Origin: Piromyces finnis finn
Lineage: Eukaryota > Fungi > Neocallimastigomycota
Assembly: GCA_002104945.1 (NCBI GenBank)
Contig: MCFH01000035.1
Span: forward strand, 248,001-312,000
Reading direction: 5' to 3'
Length of the DNA stretch: 64,000 nt
Shown piece after piece: positions 1 to 12,489 of the stretch. The notes under the pieces are model-generated. The model was not told the origin of the DNA. It saw only the letters and a program-made list of their open reading frames with translations, and did not search any database. Each line of letters opens with the position of its first letter. The stretch's first letter is position 1. The translations under genes and the position numbers were made by a program.

Positions 1-769
1 TACCATTAGGTTGAGCTGGACGATCAGACCATACTTGATCTACAAGATTTTCCTTGATATTAGTAACTAATTGAAGTTGTTTTGGAGATTCAGATAATTT
101 TTTACTAAGAGCTTCAGATTCAGATATAGAAATAAGTTTTGGGTCAATAGCAACCTTAGCCTTATTTGGTAGAGTATCAATAAGCCATTTTTCCTTAGTT
201 GGAACATCAGCAAGACCACTCTTCATTAATGTCCAATTCTTATCTAATTGCTTAGAAGCTTGTAAATGGTATCTACCATCAGTCCAAAGGCAAGCAAAAT
301 CACCAGCTTTACCTTGGGTAACGATAACTAAACCAGCGGAACCATTAAAGCCAGAAATGAATTCGCGACGTTTATCACAGTCAGAAATATATTCACTTTG
401 GTGGGCGTCTTCAGAAGGAATGATATAAGCCTGAATATCATGCTTTTTCATTAAATTCCTTAACTTTTGTAAGCGTTCAGTGGTATCAATTTGATTCATT
501 TTCTTATTAATTTTTATATTATTTTTTTTTTCAGTGGTATAGAATTTTTTACTTTGATATGGGGATACCAGATTTTTATTAATATAATTATTAAAACCAG
601 GAATGATACTTTTATTGAAAGAATTATACGTGAAAGTATTATTACTACAATCGGTTGGTAAAATAGGTGTTTGTAATAATTTGTATTTATAATAATTACT
701 TTCTTTAATTTTTTTATAAATAAAAATTGTAACCAAAAATAAAATAGATAAAATGAAAAATATATACAT
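1..769 (-). CDS. Xaa-Pro aminopeptidase P (M24B family), N-terminal part; 3' end runs off the window
   Basis: Not in the ORF track because there is no stop inside the window. The minus strand is open from ATG 769 to base 1. It reads MNQIDTTERLQKLRNLMKKHDIQAYIIPSEDAHQSEYISDCDKRREFISGFNGSAG...WTDGRYHLQASKQLD, the creatinase/aminopeptidase P N-domain signature. A second in-frame ATG is at 499. Confidence 0.93.
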   Translation of the reverse strand, partial: MYIFFILSILFLVTIFIYKKIKESNYYKYKLLQTPILPTDCSNNTFTYNSFNKSIIPGFNNYINKNLVSPYQSKKFYTTEKKNNIKINKKMNQIDTTERLQKLRNLMKKHDIQAYIIPSEDAHQSEYISDCDKRREFISGFNGSAGLVIVTQGKAGDFACLWTDGRYHLQASKQLDKNWTLMKSGLADVPTKEKWLIDTLPNKAKVAIDPKLISISESEALSKKLSESPKQLQLVTNIKENLVDQVWSDRPAQPNG

Positions 770-2635
770 TAATAAATTTTGATTATGTAAAAAAGATATG
801 ATAAAATAATAATTTTTATAATTATAATTATTGATTAATTGATATTATATGTGTATATGTTTTTTTTTTTTTTTTTTTATTATTGTTATTCTAATAATTT
901 TAACAATTTCTTTTTCTTCTCTCTCCCTCTCTCTCTCTTTTTTTTTTTTTTTTTTTTTATTAATTTTTATTTCTTATTTTATTATATTCTTTTAAAATAA
1001 ATTTAATTCTAAATTTCAAAATAATTCATATTTAACTATAAAACCAAAATTATATAATATAAAAAAAAGTCAATAAATAAAAATATTCAATAAATTATTT
1101 AAAAGTTTATTTAAAGTTTATTATTTTTTTTAAATTTATATATACTTTTATTATTTTTGTATTTAATAAATAATCTTTTCAAACTTTACTGTTCTTTATT
1201 TAATAAAATTATTTTAATATATACAATAAAATAATAAAATTGATAATTATTCATTTATTAAATATTATATAATTAATTTATATAATTAATATCCTATTAG
1301 TATCTAATATTTGCATTAAATAATTTTTATTAATTCTTTATTTTATTTCTATTTTTCATTTATTACTTTTTTGTAACTTTTATTTATATAATATAAAACT
1401 TCATTTAATAGTGTTTTATTTAAAAATACTCTAACTATCTAAAAATTGATGGTAAATCCATTTAATCAATTAAATCATACTTTGCCTTTTAATTATTATT
1501 TTAAAATCTGAAAATATTCAATTTAATTTATTATTTTAATAATTCCCACAATTTTTTTTTACTTAATTTTACCTTTTTTCCTTTTTTTTTACTTTTCTTT
1601 TTTTTTTTTTTCTTTATTATAAATATTATAATTATTATTATTAATTTTATAATTCTTTTTGGAAAATAAAAAAAAAGGTATAGAGTGACAATTTTTTTAA
1701 ATAAAAATTAATAAATTTTAAACATTTTTTTTACCTGATATATTTCTATTTATATTAATAAGCCTCAACAAAATTTTATTTGATAATAAGTTATTAGGAT
1801 TATTAAAATTTAATTTTGAATTTAATTGATTACAAGCCATATTAATTAGTACTTTCTTTTTAATAAATTTGAAATTTTTTAAAAAAAAAATAAAGAGGAA
1901 ATTGAAAAAATATTTTTTTATTTTGAAATTTTCTTATTATTAAATAGTTACGCAGATTAGATTGAAGGATATTTTATTTAAAAAAGAATTATAAAGTTTT
2001 TTTTTTATCAATAATAAAATATTAATGAAAATAAAAAGATTCAAAGAAACTATTAAAAATAGATTATTGTATTATTGTATTCCTAATAAAAAAATATGAA
2101 AATAAAATACAACAAATATAAAATAAAAATCCTTGTTTTTTTTAAAAAAAAAAAAAGTTTTTTAATATGTTTTTAATATTATATATACTACTAGTTTATT
2201 AATAAAAAAATATTTAAACTAAATAGTAATATAGAATGAAATTATTTATAATAGGTGAGCATTCCGAAAATAATTTTTTTTATAAAAACTTTATAAATTA
2301 TAAAAATAATGCATTACTTTGTGAATAGAAAAAATACATTCATTATTTCAATATTATAAAAAAATAATTATCAATTATATCATTATTTTTATATAGATTC
2401 TTTATGATATACTTTAATATTGTTATTAATGCTTTTTGAGAATAAATATTTAATTAATAATAATTTGAATAAAAAAAAATATAATATAAAATCAAATAAA
2501 CATAATCATTAATAAGATATTTTTTTTTATATATAATTTAAAAAATAAATTATCATTTAATTCAACATTTTTATTTTTTCTAATTTTTAAGAACTCAATG
2601 AATTATACATAGGATTATAGTTATAATGAGTATAA

Positions 2636-2715
2636 TTAGAGCTATGCAAGCAAACTCTTGTTAATTTAATTGTAATTATAATTAAACTAACAAAAGTTTG
2701 TTTACATAGCTCTAA
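2636..2715. repeat. Imperfect inverted repeat (36-bp arms, 8-nt loop)
   Basis: Left arm 2636-2671 ttagagctatgcaagcaaactcttgttaatttaatt matches the reverse complement of 2680-2715 at 32/36 positions. Confidence 0.9.
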
Positions 2716-2871
2716 CTGTAACATTATAATCTGAAGGATAACCAATAGAAGAATTTAAACTATCATATATTTTAATATCTTCACCATTTTTTTTTTTTGA
2801 AGAGCATTCACTTTTTGTTTCATATGGAACATCACTTGGTTTACCACTTAAGCGGAATCGTACAGCTAGGT

Positions 2872-3090
2872 TCAAAATTCAACTACAAGCTTTTTAGCTA
2901 CAACAACTTTAATATACGAAATTGCCGCGGTTGCTGGCACCAGACTTGCCCTCCAATTGTTCTTCGATAAGAGGTTTAAATTGTTCTCATTCAATTACAA
3001 GACTATAAAAACCCTGTATTATTATTTATTGTCACTACCTCCCTGTGTCATGATTGGATAATTTACGCACCTGCTTCCTTCCTTAGATGT
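2872..3090 (-). pseudogene. Degenerate 18S (SSU) rRNA fragment
   Basis: The minus strand contains gtgccagcaaccgcggcaatttcgtatattaaagttgttgtagctaaaaagcttgtagttgaa, a decayed copy of the universal SSU motif GTGCCAGCAGCCGCGGTAATTCCAGCTCCAATAGCGTATATTAAAGTTGTTGCAGTTAAAAAGCTCGTAGTTGAA. It also has aggaaggaagcaggtgcgtaaattatccaat and ggtagtgacaataaataa. About 12 nt are deleted and no other rDNA is nearby. Confidence 0.92.
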
Positions 3091-3135
3091 ACCGTCAAAC
3101 TATCTTTTTTGAAATAAGATAGTTTGACGGTACAT
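3087..3135. repeat. Perfect palindrome (20-bp arms, 9-nt spacer) abutting the 18S fragment
   Basis: atgtaccgtcaaactatctt (3087-3106), then ttttgaaat, then aagatagtttgacggtacat (3116-3135). Confidence 0.95.
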
Positions 3136-4408
3136 TTGTAATTCTATAAGAAAAAAAGTTTAAGAAAATACAGTTCAAATAATATTTTCTTTTCTATATA
3201 AAGAAAGAAAAAAATTTTTGCGGTAAAAAAGTAATAAACTTACATTAAAGAATCTTCTAAAAAAAAAGAAAATATTCGTTAAATCTGAACCAATGAATAT
3301 TTATTATTTTTTAGGTGTGAAAAAAAGAAAAAAAAAGAAATTACTATTATGATAATAAAGGAGATATATTAAGAAAATAATGTAAATTGAATACTAGGGT
3401 TGGGTTAAAAAGACTAAAAAAACCTTTGTAAGTGTAAAAATGATTAAAAATTCATATTATTTTTATTTCTTATGTATTTCTTTAAAAATCAATCATATAA
3501 AAGAAATATATTATAATTGTGAAAGAATATAATAATATCTTTTAATGGAATGAAAAAACTTTATAGTATCGTATTTATAAACATTTAAATGATACAATTC
3601 ATTAATTACATTAAGTATTAAGTATTTTTGTAATACGGTACAATTCACTAGTATATACAACACATATTACTTAATATTGAGCCATTTATAATTTAATTTT
3701 TGTTTAAATTAAAATCCATCCGCTTTATTATCTTTTATAATTAACTTTATCTTAAAAAAAACTGAACCTTATTTCAAATAATTTAATGATTTAATATTTT
3801 ATAAAAACAATTGTGAAATAAATAGTATGAGTGGATGATAAATATTTTTAAAGATAAATTAAAAATTAAATAGAAAATGAATAAGCAATTCATTAATTAT
3901 ATTAATTAATATATTTGACAAAATATTACTTTTGTATTTTATATACTAATGAATTGTTATATCTATACTTCTTATTTATTATGATTAAATTTACATATTA
4001 ACCATACAACTTTCCAATTTATATTACTGGTGTATTTTTAAGATTTTAGCCAAATAAATTAAAAAAAAAATTAATTGTTTTACTTTATTCTTTTAATTAA
4101 AAATTATTAATTACATTATAACCCTAATTGGTTTTTTTTTTTAGTTACACAAATTAAAAACTTAAAAATATTATTAAATCTTATTATATATATTTTTGGT
4201 ATTTTTTGTAATCAGAAATTTTCTTTATCCATATAAAATTTCATTATTTTTTCTTTTATTTTTTTTAAATAAATAAAAAATAATAAAAGTAATTATTACT
4301 TAAACAGTTTAATTACTAATATACAGGAAATTTTTAAAGTATCACTAAATATTTTAAATGTTCCTAATTACACAATAATCAAAATAAAATAATAATAAAA
4401 AAAAAAAA

Positions 4409-7400
4409 ATGAAATCAAATAAATCTGAAAAGGTCCATAATAAAAAGGAAAATAGGGGAAAAAAGGAAAAAAAAGAAAAAAAACCGATAATTTTCGGTGA
4501 TGAAGAAGTCCAAAATATTCCTTTTTCTCAAATTTTTAAATATTCTAATGGGAAAGAAAAATTAATGACCTTATTTGGTATTATAAGTTCCATCATTCAA
4601 GGTTGTGCTTTTCCATTAATGTAAGCTTATTTAAATATTCATTGATACAGGAGATAAATAAAATTTTCATTAATATTAAAAAATAATATTAATATTAATA
4701 TATTTATTTATCTAAAAAGAAAATTATGATACCTATATTAATAATTATCAATTCTAAAATAAAAAAAAAAATATGATACTAATTTACTCTTTTGTTACAG
4801 TATTTATAATTTAGGTGATATGACAGATTCTTTCATTTCTCTCGTTGTTAACTTAAAGTTAAAAAAAATTACAGGGATTGATAATGATAATGTTTTGCAA
4901 GACATAATGAGTGTGGTTAGTTCCGGTAATCTTACTAATGTTGTAAATCTCGAACAAAAATATCCCAATTATGATCTTCAAAACCTTTATAATAATTTTA
5001 GACAATCCGATTATGCTAGTTATGATTTTAATGCCACCAATGGATTTGAATTCAAAAAAGTTGACGATATTTTCCATGAATTATACAAATATTTTGTTTT
5101 ATTTGCTGTCATTGCCATAGTTTCCTTTATCACCACATTTATCTATAATGCCTTTTTAGATGTTTCAGCTCTTCGTCAATCAACTAAAATACGTTCTTTA
5201 GTCTTTAAATCTTTAATGAAACAAGATATTCCATGGCATGAAAAAGCCAATCCCGGAGAATTATCATCTAGAATAATTAGTGATACCTTATTAATTGAAG
5301 ATGGTATCGGTTCAAAAATTGGTATGTTATATCAAAATCTTACCACATTTGTTTTTTGCATGATAATTGCATTTATCAGCGGTTGGAAATTATCGTTATA
5401 CATGTCAGGAACTTTCATTTTAGTAACTATTGTAGTTATCATCATGAGTACTGTTTTAGCTAATATCACTAAAAAGGCTCAAGATTCCTATGCTACTGCT
5501 GGTGGTATTGCCCAAGAAACATTTTCTCAAGCTCGTACTGTTGTTTCATTCGGTAATGAGCAAAAAGAAAGTGATCGCTATACCCAAAAATTAATGCCAA
5601 CCTTAAAGTTAGGTATGAAAAAATCACATATTTTAGGTATCAGTATGGGTTTGATTTTTGGTGTTGCATACTTTTCCTACAGTATTGCATTTATTAAAGG
5701 TGGACAATTTGTTAATAAGGGAGAATTGATTGCTGGTGATGTTCTTAAGATTTTAATGAGTGTTATGTTTGGTGCTTCTTCCTTCGGTATGTGTGGTACT
5801 TCTTTCACAGCTATTAGCGCTGCTACTGGCGCTGCTGCTATTTTATTCCACATTATCCAAAGAGAACCAAAAATTAATAAAGAATCAGGAGAATGCCCAT
5901 CCCAACCTCTTAAAGGTCATATCGAATTCCGCGATGTCCATTTCACTTATCCTTCCAGACCGGATACCGAAATTTTAAAGGGCATTAATTTCAAATGTCT
6001 CCCGGGACAAACAATTGCCTTAGTAGGTGCTTCCGGTTCTGGTAAATCTACAATTGTTCAACTCTTGGAAAGATACTATGAAAAAAGCGATGGTCAAATT
6101 TTAATCGATGGTAAAGAAATTGAAGGCTATAACATTCCATGGTTACGCTCACAAATTGGATTAGTATCACAAGAACCAATCTTATTTGATGCTACTATTG
6201 CTGAAAACATTGCTATTACCTGCCCAGGTGCTACTCCAGAACAAATTGAAACAGCTGCCAAATTAGCTAATGCTCATGAATTTATTTCTAAATTAAGTCA
6301 TGGTTATCAAACAAAGACTGGAGAAAAGGGATTACAATTAAGTGGAGGACAAAAACAACGTATTTGTATAGCTCGTGCATTAATTTCCAATCCAAATATT
6401 TTGTTATTGGATGAAGCCACCTCAGCCTTAGATAATCAATCAGAAAAAATTATTCAAAAAGCTTTAGATTCTGTTTCGGTTGGAAGAACCACGATTGTTA
6501 TTGCCCATCGTCTTACAACAGTAAGAAATGCTCATTGCATTATCGTTATGAATAAGGGCACTATAGTTGAATGTGGTACTCATGAAGAATTAATGGCTAA
6601 GGGAAATACATACTATCATCTTGTCAAGAACCAAGAATTAAAGGCTGAAAATATTAAAGATTTAACCAATGAGATGACCGAAGAAATTAATGATGATTCT
6701 ATAAAATATTCCGATGCTAATGATAATTTTGAAAACATTGCCTCATCCAATTCTGAACTTATCGTTAAGCAAAAAGGCACAGGATCCGAAGCTCAATCAA
6801 CTTCTATAAATGAATCTAAAAATATTGACTGGCGTCGTCCTTACCTTGATTACAATAAACCTGTTTGGTTTAAAAATATCATCGGTATCATTGGATCATT
6901 ATTCAACGGTTGTATGCAACCTGTATGCGCCTACATTTACGCTTCTGCTATCAATGCCTTCAACAAACAAGGCAATGATTTATTAGACAGTACCAAATTC
7001 TGGGGTTTAATGTTTATGGTATTAGCACTTGCTAATTTCATTGCAGCTTACTTTAAGAATTATGGTTTCTCTTCTGCTGGTGAATATTTATTATATATTT
7101 TCCGTAAAGAAATGTATGATTCTATGATTAAACAAGATATTAGTTTCTTTGATACTGGCGATAAATTATTCGCCGATAGTAATAACAACTCCTCTACAAA
7201 TGTCAACTCCAATGATAGTAGTAATAATACTAGCGTCGGTACTTTAACGGCTAAACTTTCAACTGAAACAACTTTAGCTCAAGGTTTAAACCTTAACTTT
7301 GGAACCATTCTTGAAACTATCACTGGTGTTATTGTTTGTTTTGTCATTGCTTTCTGTCACGGATGGAAACTTTCATTAATTTTATTAGCCTTCACACCTT

Positions 7401-8641
7401 TCCTTTTCATCGGGGTCTACATCCAAATGAAGGAAATGGCAAGTAAGAATGATGAAAAACGTCGCATCTTTGAAAATAGTACAAAGATTGCAGTTGAAGC
7501 TATTCTTGGAGTTAAGACAGTCAATGCTCTTAACTTAGAAGATCGTTTCTCCACCCTATATGATAATAATTTGGTAGAGCCACAAAAACGCATTGAACAT
7601 AAGCATTATACATCTGGTCTTGGAATTGGTTTTGGTAACGCAATGAGTTTCATTTCCTATGGTGTTGGATTTTATTTTGGTTTTGTTTTCCTTAAGAACG
7701 GTGAATTAGATTTTGAAAGTATGTTTAGAGTCGTCATGGCTATTATTTTCACATCTAATACTATTGGACAAGCTAGTACTGCTGGTCCTGATTTTGTTAA
7801 AGCTGTAGATGCTTTCAAACGTATCCTTCGTATGATCAGTCGTCAACCAAAGATTGATGCAAGTGATCCAAAGGGTATTCAAAAAGAATCATTTAATGGT
7901 AAAGTTTCTTTCAATCAACTTCGTTTCTCATATCCATCTCGTCCAGATATTACTGTATTACGTATGGGAAGTGAAAATATTGAAATACAAAAAGGCAAGA
8001 CATTAGCTCTTGTTGGTGGATCTGGTTGTGGTAAAAGTACATTAATTGGTTTATTATTACGTTGGTATGACGCCCAATGTGGTGATATTAAAATTGACGG
8101 AGAGAAAAATACAAATTATAATATTAAATGGTTACGTCAACAGATTGGTATTGTAAGTCAAGAGCCATGTCTTTTCAATATTTCCATAAAGGATAATATT
8201 CGTTATGGTAAGGATGATGCTAGTGATGAAGAAATTCAAGAGGCTGCTAAAAAAGCCAATATTCATAACTTTATCATGTCCTTACCAGAAGGTTATGATA
8301 CTTTAGTAGGTGGAGAAGGTACATCCCAAATGAGTGGTGGACAAAAACAACGTATTGCCATTGCTCGTGCTATTATTCGTAGCCCAAAAATATTATTATT
8401 AGACGAAGCTACTTCCGCCTTAGATGCCGAATCCGAATTGGTTGTTCAAAACGCTTTAGAAGAAGCTTCCCAAGGACGTACTATTATTACCATTGCTCAT
8501 CGTTTATCCACTATTAAAAATGCTGATATTATTGTCGTTATGAGAGAAGGTAGAATTGTCGAAAAAGGTAATCACGAAGAATTATTAAAAAAGAAAGGTG
8601 ATTATTATGAAATGATTTTAGCCGGTGATAACGGAGTTTAA
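4409..8641 (+). CDS. ABCB (MDR/P-glycoprotein-like) full-size ABC transporter, 2 exons, ~1350 aa
   Basis: join(4409..4620,4801..8641). The intron has GTAAGC...TACTAAT...TTACAG and restores the frame FPLI-IYNLGDMTDSF. TMD-NBD-TMD-NBD architecture; Walker A GASGSGKS and GGSGCGKS, signatures LSGGQ and MSGGQ, Walker B ILLLDEATSALD twice. Confidence 0.97.
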
Positions 8642-8757
8642 CCTTAATACCAATATTTATAAAATCAAAAAAAAATTTAAATCCATCCTAATATATATCA
8701 ATATTTATTTTTTTTATCAAAAAACAAATAATTAATATTTTATTATAAAAAAATAAC

Positions 8758-8941
<184 letters not shown>

Positions 8942-10414
8942 GATAATAATAAGTAATAGTAATACATTAAGGATAAGGTAATAATAATTAATAAATATTA
9001 TTATATAAAAAATAATATTTATAAGAAAATTCTAATTATTTATTATCAAATTTATATATAAAAAGTAAAAAAAAAAAAAAGTTATTTATTAATTCATTAT
9101 AGAATGAAATGAACAATAATGATTAATGTTATAACAAAAATAATATAAAATCACATTAAAAACTAATAATATAATAAGTAAATAATTATAATTATTTAAT
9201 TTATTATAAAATTATAAATACAATTATTGAATAAATATATAAATTAATATAAAAAAAAAAAAAAAAAAAAAAAATTCTTCGTAGAAAAGAAATGTTTAAG
9301 TTAATTTATCTTGAATATTAATAAATAAATATTAATGTTTGTTAATGTGTTTAAATAAAAATATTATTTTATATTATTTTATTAAATAATGCTTAATTTA
9401 TTTTGGCTAAAACTAAAAACTACTTATTTTGTATGTTTCAGTTTTCTCTAAAATTTAATATAATTTTTTTTAATTTTTTATGTTTTATAACAATTAGAGT
9501 TTATATTTTAGATTCATTGGTGTTTCAGTGTTATGGAAATTTAATATATTTCTTATTCATAATATTTATTTTATTAGCATTTAAGGTTTTTAATATATTT
9601 GTCATTAAAAATTTAAATACGTGTAAAGTTATTTTCTTAAATATGATATGCTACTTTATTGTACAACAAATACAGGTTTTAATAATGTGATTAAATCAAA
9701 AATCTTAAATAATATTAAAATATATATATTTTTTTTTTATTTCTTTATCATCCATTAAAACAAATTAATTTTATTGTATTATATTGTATTATATGGTAAA
9801 AAATGATAATCCATACAAAACATATATATCTAAAAATTTTCTATTGTTTTTTTTGAAAAATGATACATTTTTTATAATTAATATGTAAAAAAAAAAAAAA
9901 AAAAAAAATTGAAGATGAATTATAAAATGAAAGAAAAAGTTTTCTATTTTTTTTATTTAATAAAAATACCAAAATAAATAAATTATAAAAAAAAAGTAAA
10001 TGTAAAATATTCATTATTAATATTATTTAAAATAATAAATTATACTATTTTTCATAAAATATATCATACTTAAAAAAACTATTCTATATATTATAAATAA
10101 CTAAACATATAAATATATAAACATATAGCATAAATTATCATATATTATCATTTATCTTTATTATATAAATTTTTAAAAAATAATTAAAAATTATAAATAT
10201 TTTTAGAATTATTTTTTTTTTCATTATATAAGTATTTAAATTTGTTTGTAAATATTTTAAATAAATTCTTTTATTGAATAAAAGGGAAATAAAAATATTA
10301 ATAATTTTATATTAATTATTTAAAAATATATCTATAATTAGTAATATTCAATATCATTAGATAAAATAAAAAATTATACTTTATATTTTTTTTTAAAAAA
10401 ATTAATAAAAAACA

Positions 10415-12489
10415 ATGCTTGATGTTAATACTATAAAAACTAAAATGTCAAAAGACAGTTTAGATGCAATAATTAAAAAATTAATGAAGAATTTCTTGGT
10501 GAAAAAAATAAAATTTCAAGATTATCTTCACAAAGTTCAAAGAAAAACTCTATTGATACTATAAAAATTAAAAAGGCAAGAGAAAGTTTAGATGCAATAC
10601 TTAAAAAATTTAATGAAGAATTTCTTGGTGAAAAAAATAAAATTTCAAGGTTATCCTCACATAGTTCAAAGAAAGCTTCTATTGATTTAGATGTGTCTTC
10701 TAAAAAAAAGAAACGTTGGGGACATATATTTTTACCAGAAGATATTTCCAATTTTCAAAAATTAAAAGAAATAGATTCTGAAAATAAGGAAAATAAGATA
10801 AAAAATGAATTAATAAAATGTCTAAGTTTATATATTGATAAATTAGATAAAGAAATTTTATATAAAGAAAGTGAAAAAGGACATTTATTTATAAATAAAA
10901 GTGTCTATAGAAAAGCGAATTCTAAAAAAAGGTTATTTTTTGGATGCATATGCATGAATCAAAAACTATCAAATTTTTCTGAAAAAAGAAAAGATAATTA
11001 TATTCACAAAAACATACTAACTGTTAAAGGTATAATAAATATTAATGATATTATAATTAATAATGTTTGTCTATCAACTATTATTAATGAGAAAGACATT
11101 ATTAATCATAAAGTTAATATGGAAAATGTTTTAATAGGATATATTGAAAATTTAGTTAATAATATAAAAATATTTATTATTAGTGGTTATCAACGTTCTT
11201 ATGTTAATATGGGAGAATATATAGAATTGATAGAAAAAATTATTAATACAATAAAGGTTTTAGTTCATAAAAGTATTTATTGGGATGTTTTAAAAACTTA
11301 CAGGAATATAATTAATTATTTATTGTGTATTATTAAGAATTCCTTGGATAATAATGAAGGTATAAATTCTAAAATAGATATGTTTACATATTTATTATTA
11401 AAACTTGCTAAAACAATTAGTAAATATAATGAAAAATGCCAAACTCAATATTCAGAGCTGATTGATAGCTTAAATAAAATTGTGGAATATAATCCTACTG
11501 TCAAATCATTAATTAATGATTTAAATGAAAATGATTCTTGTTTAACTAGTAATGAAATTATTGTATTAACTTTTGATAAGTTAGTTCAATTTATAGATGA
11601 AAGTTTAGATGATAAATTTAACCAATTAAAAATTGGAAATAGTGAGGATGATAATCAATGCAACAATTATAATGGAAATAAAAATGATCGTAACCTTAAT
11701 CAAATTATTAACCACAATAAAATCAAAAATTTAAGTATCAATAAAGATGATCAATTTAATGATGATAACAAATCTAATAATGAAAAATCTGAAGTTGAAG
11801 ATGAATCTAATATTGAAAAATCTGAAGTTGAAGATGAATCTAATATTGAAAAATCTGAAGTTGAAGATGAATCCAATATTGAAAAATATGAAGTTGAAGA
11901 TGAATCTAATAATGAAAAATCTGAAGTTGAAGATGAATCTAATATTGAAAAATCTGAAGTTGAAGATGAATCTAGTATTGAAAAATCTGAAGTTGAAGAT
12001 GAATCTAGTATTGAAAAATCTGAAGTTGAAGATGAATCTAGTATTGAAAAATCTGAAGTTGAAGATGAATCTAATAATGAAAAATCTGAAGTTGAAGATG
12101 AATCTAATAATGAAAAATCTGAAGTTGAAGATGAATCTAATATTGAAAAATCTGAAGTTGAAGATGAATCTAATATTGAAAAATCTGAAGTTGAAGATGA
12201 ATCTAATATTGAAAAATCTGAAGTTGAAGATGAATCTAGTATTGAAAAATCTGAAGTTGAAGATGAATCTAATATTGAAAAATCTGAAGTTGAAGATGAA
12301 TCTAATATTGAAAAATCTGAAGTTGAAGATGAATCCAATAATGAAAAATCTGAAGTTGAAGACGAATCTAATATTTCAATTAATGAAATAAGAAAAACCT
12401 TATTTATTTATGAATATAATATTACTAGTAAAAACAATTTACAATTCATTAATAATATTAATAATGTCAAAGTTTCTTCCGATGAATAA
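10415..12489 (+). CDS. Hypothetical protein with N-terminal 43-aa duplication and C-terminal acidic 11-aa tandem repeat; apparent 1-bp frameshift near 10481
   Basis: The ORF track starts at a GTG (10693). The reading frame extends upstream, and ATG 10415 joins it if one T is restored at 10481-10482, by comparison with the second copy of an internal repeat (10457 vs 10585). No family recognised. Confidence 0.65.
11776..12369 (+). repeat. 18 x 33-bp coding tandem repeat, (N/S)(N/I)EKSEVEDES
   Basis: Unit aatattgaaaaatctgaagttgaagatgaatct; 594 bp = 18 x 33, head to tail with no spacers. Confidence 0.97.

Noticed and set aside
3397-3410. Telomere-like ctagggttgggtta
   Set aside because: Under two imperfect units and isolated; not an interstitial telomeric array.
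9403-9690. Short F/I/L/K/N-rich ORFs in AT deserts (also 25346, 25383, 36055, 50809, 55196)
   Set aside because: Composition matches non-coding AT-rich DNA, many start at TTG/GTG, and none has a motif or splice context.
11776-12369. CRISPR-like array
   Set aside because: Units are head to tail with no unique spacers, lie in frame within a CDS, and there are no cas genes; the context is eukaryotic.
11747-12391. Extra ORFs over the 33-bp array (11747..12391 + and 11751..12338 -)
   Set aside because: They are shadow frames of a repeat unit that has no stop in those frames, and they end at the array edges.
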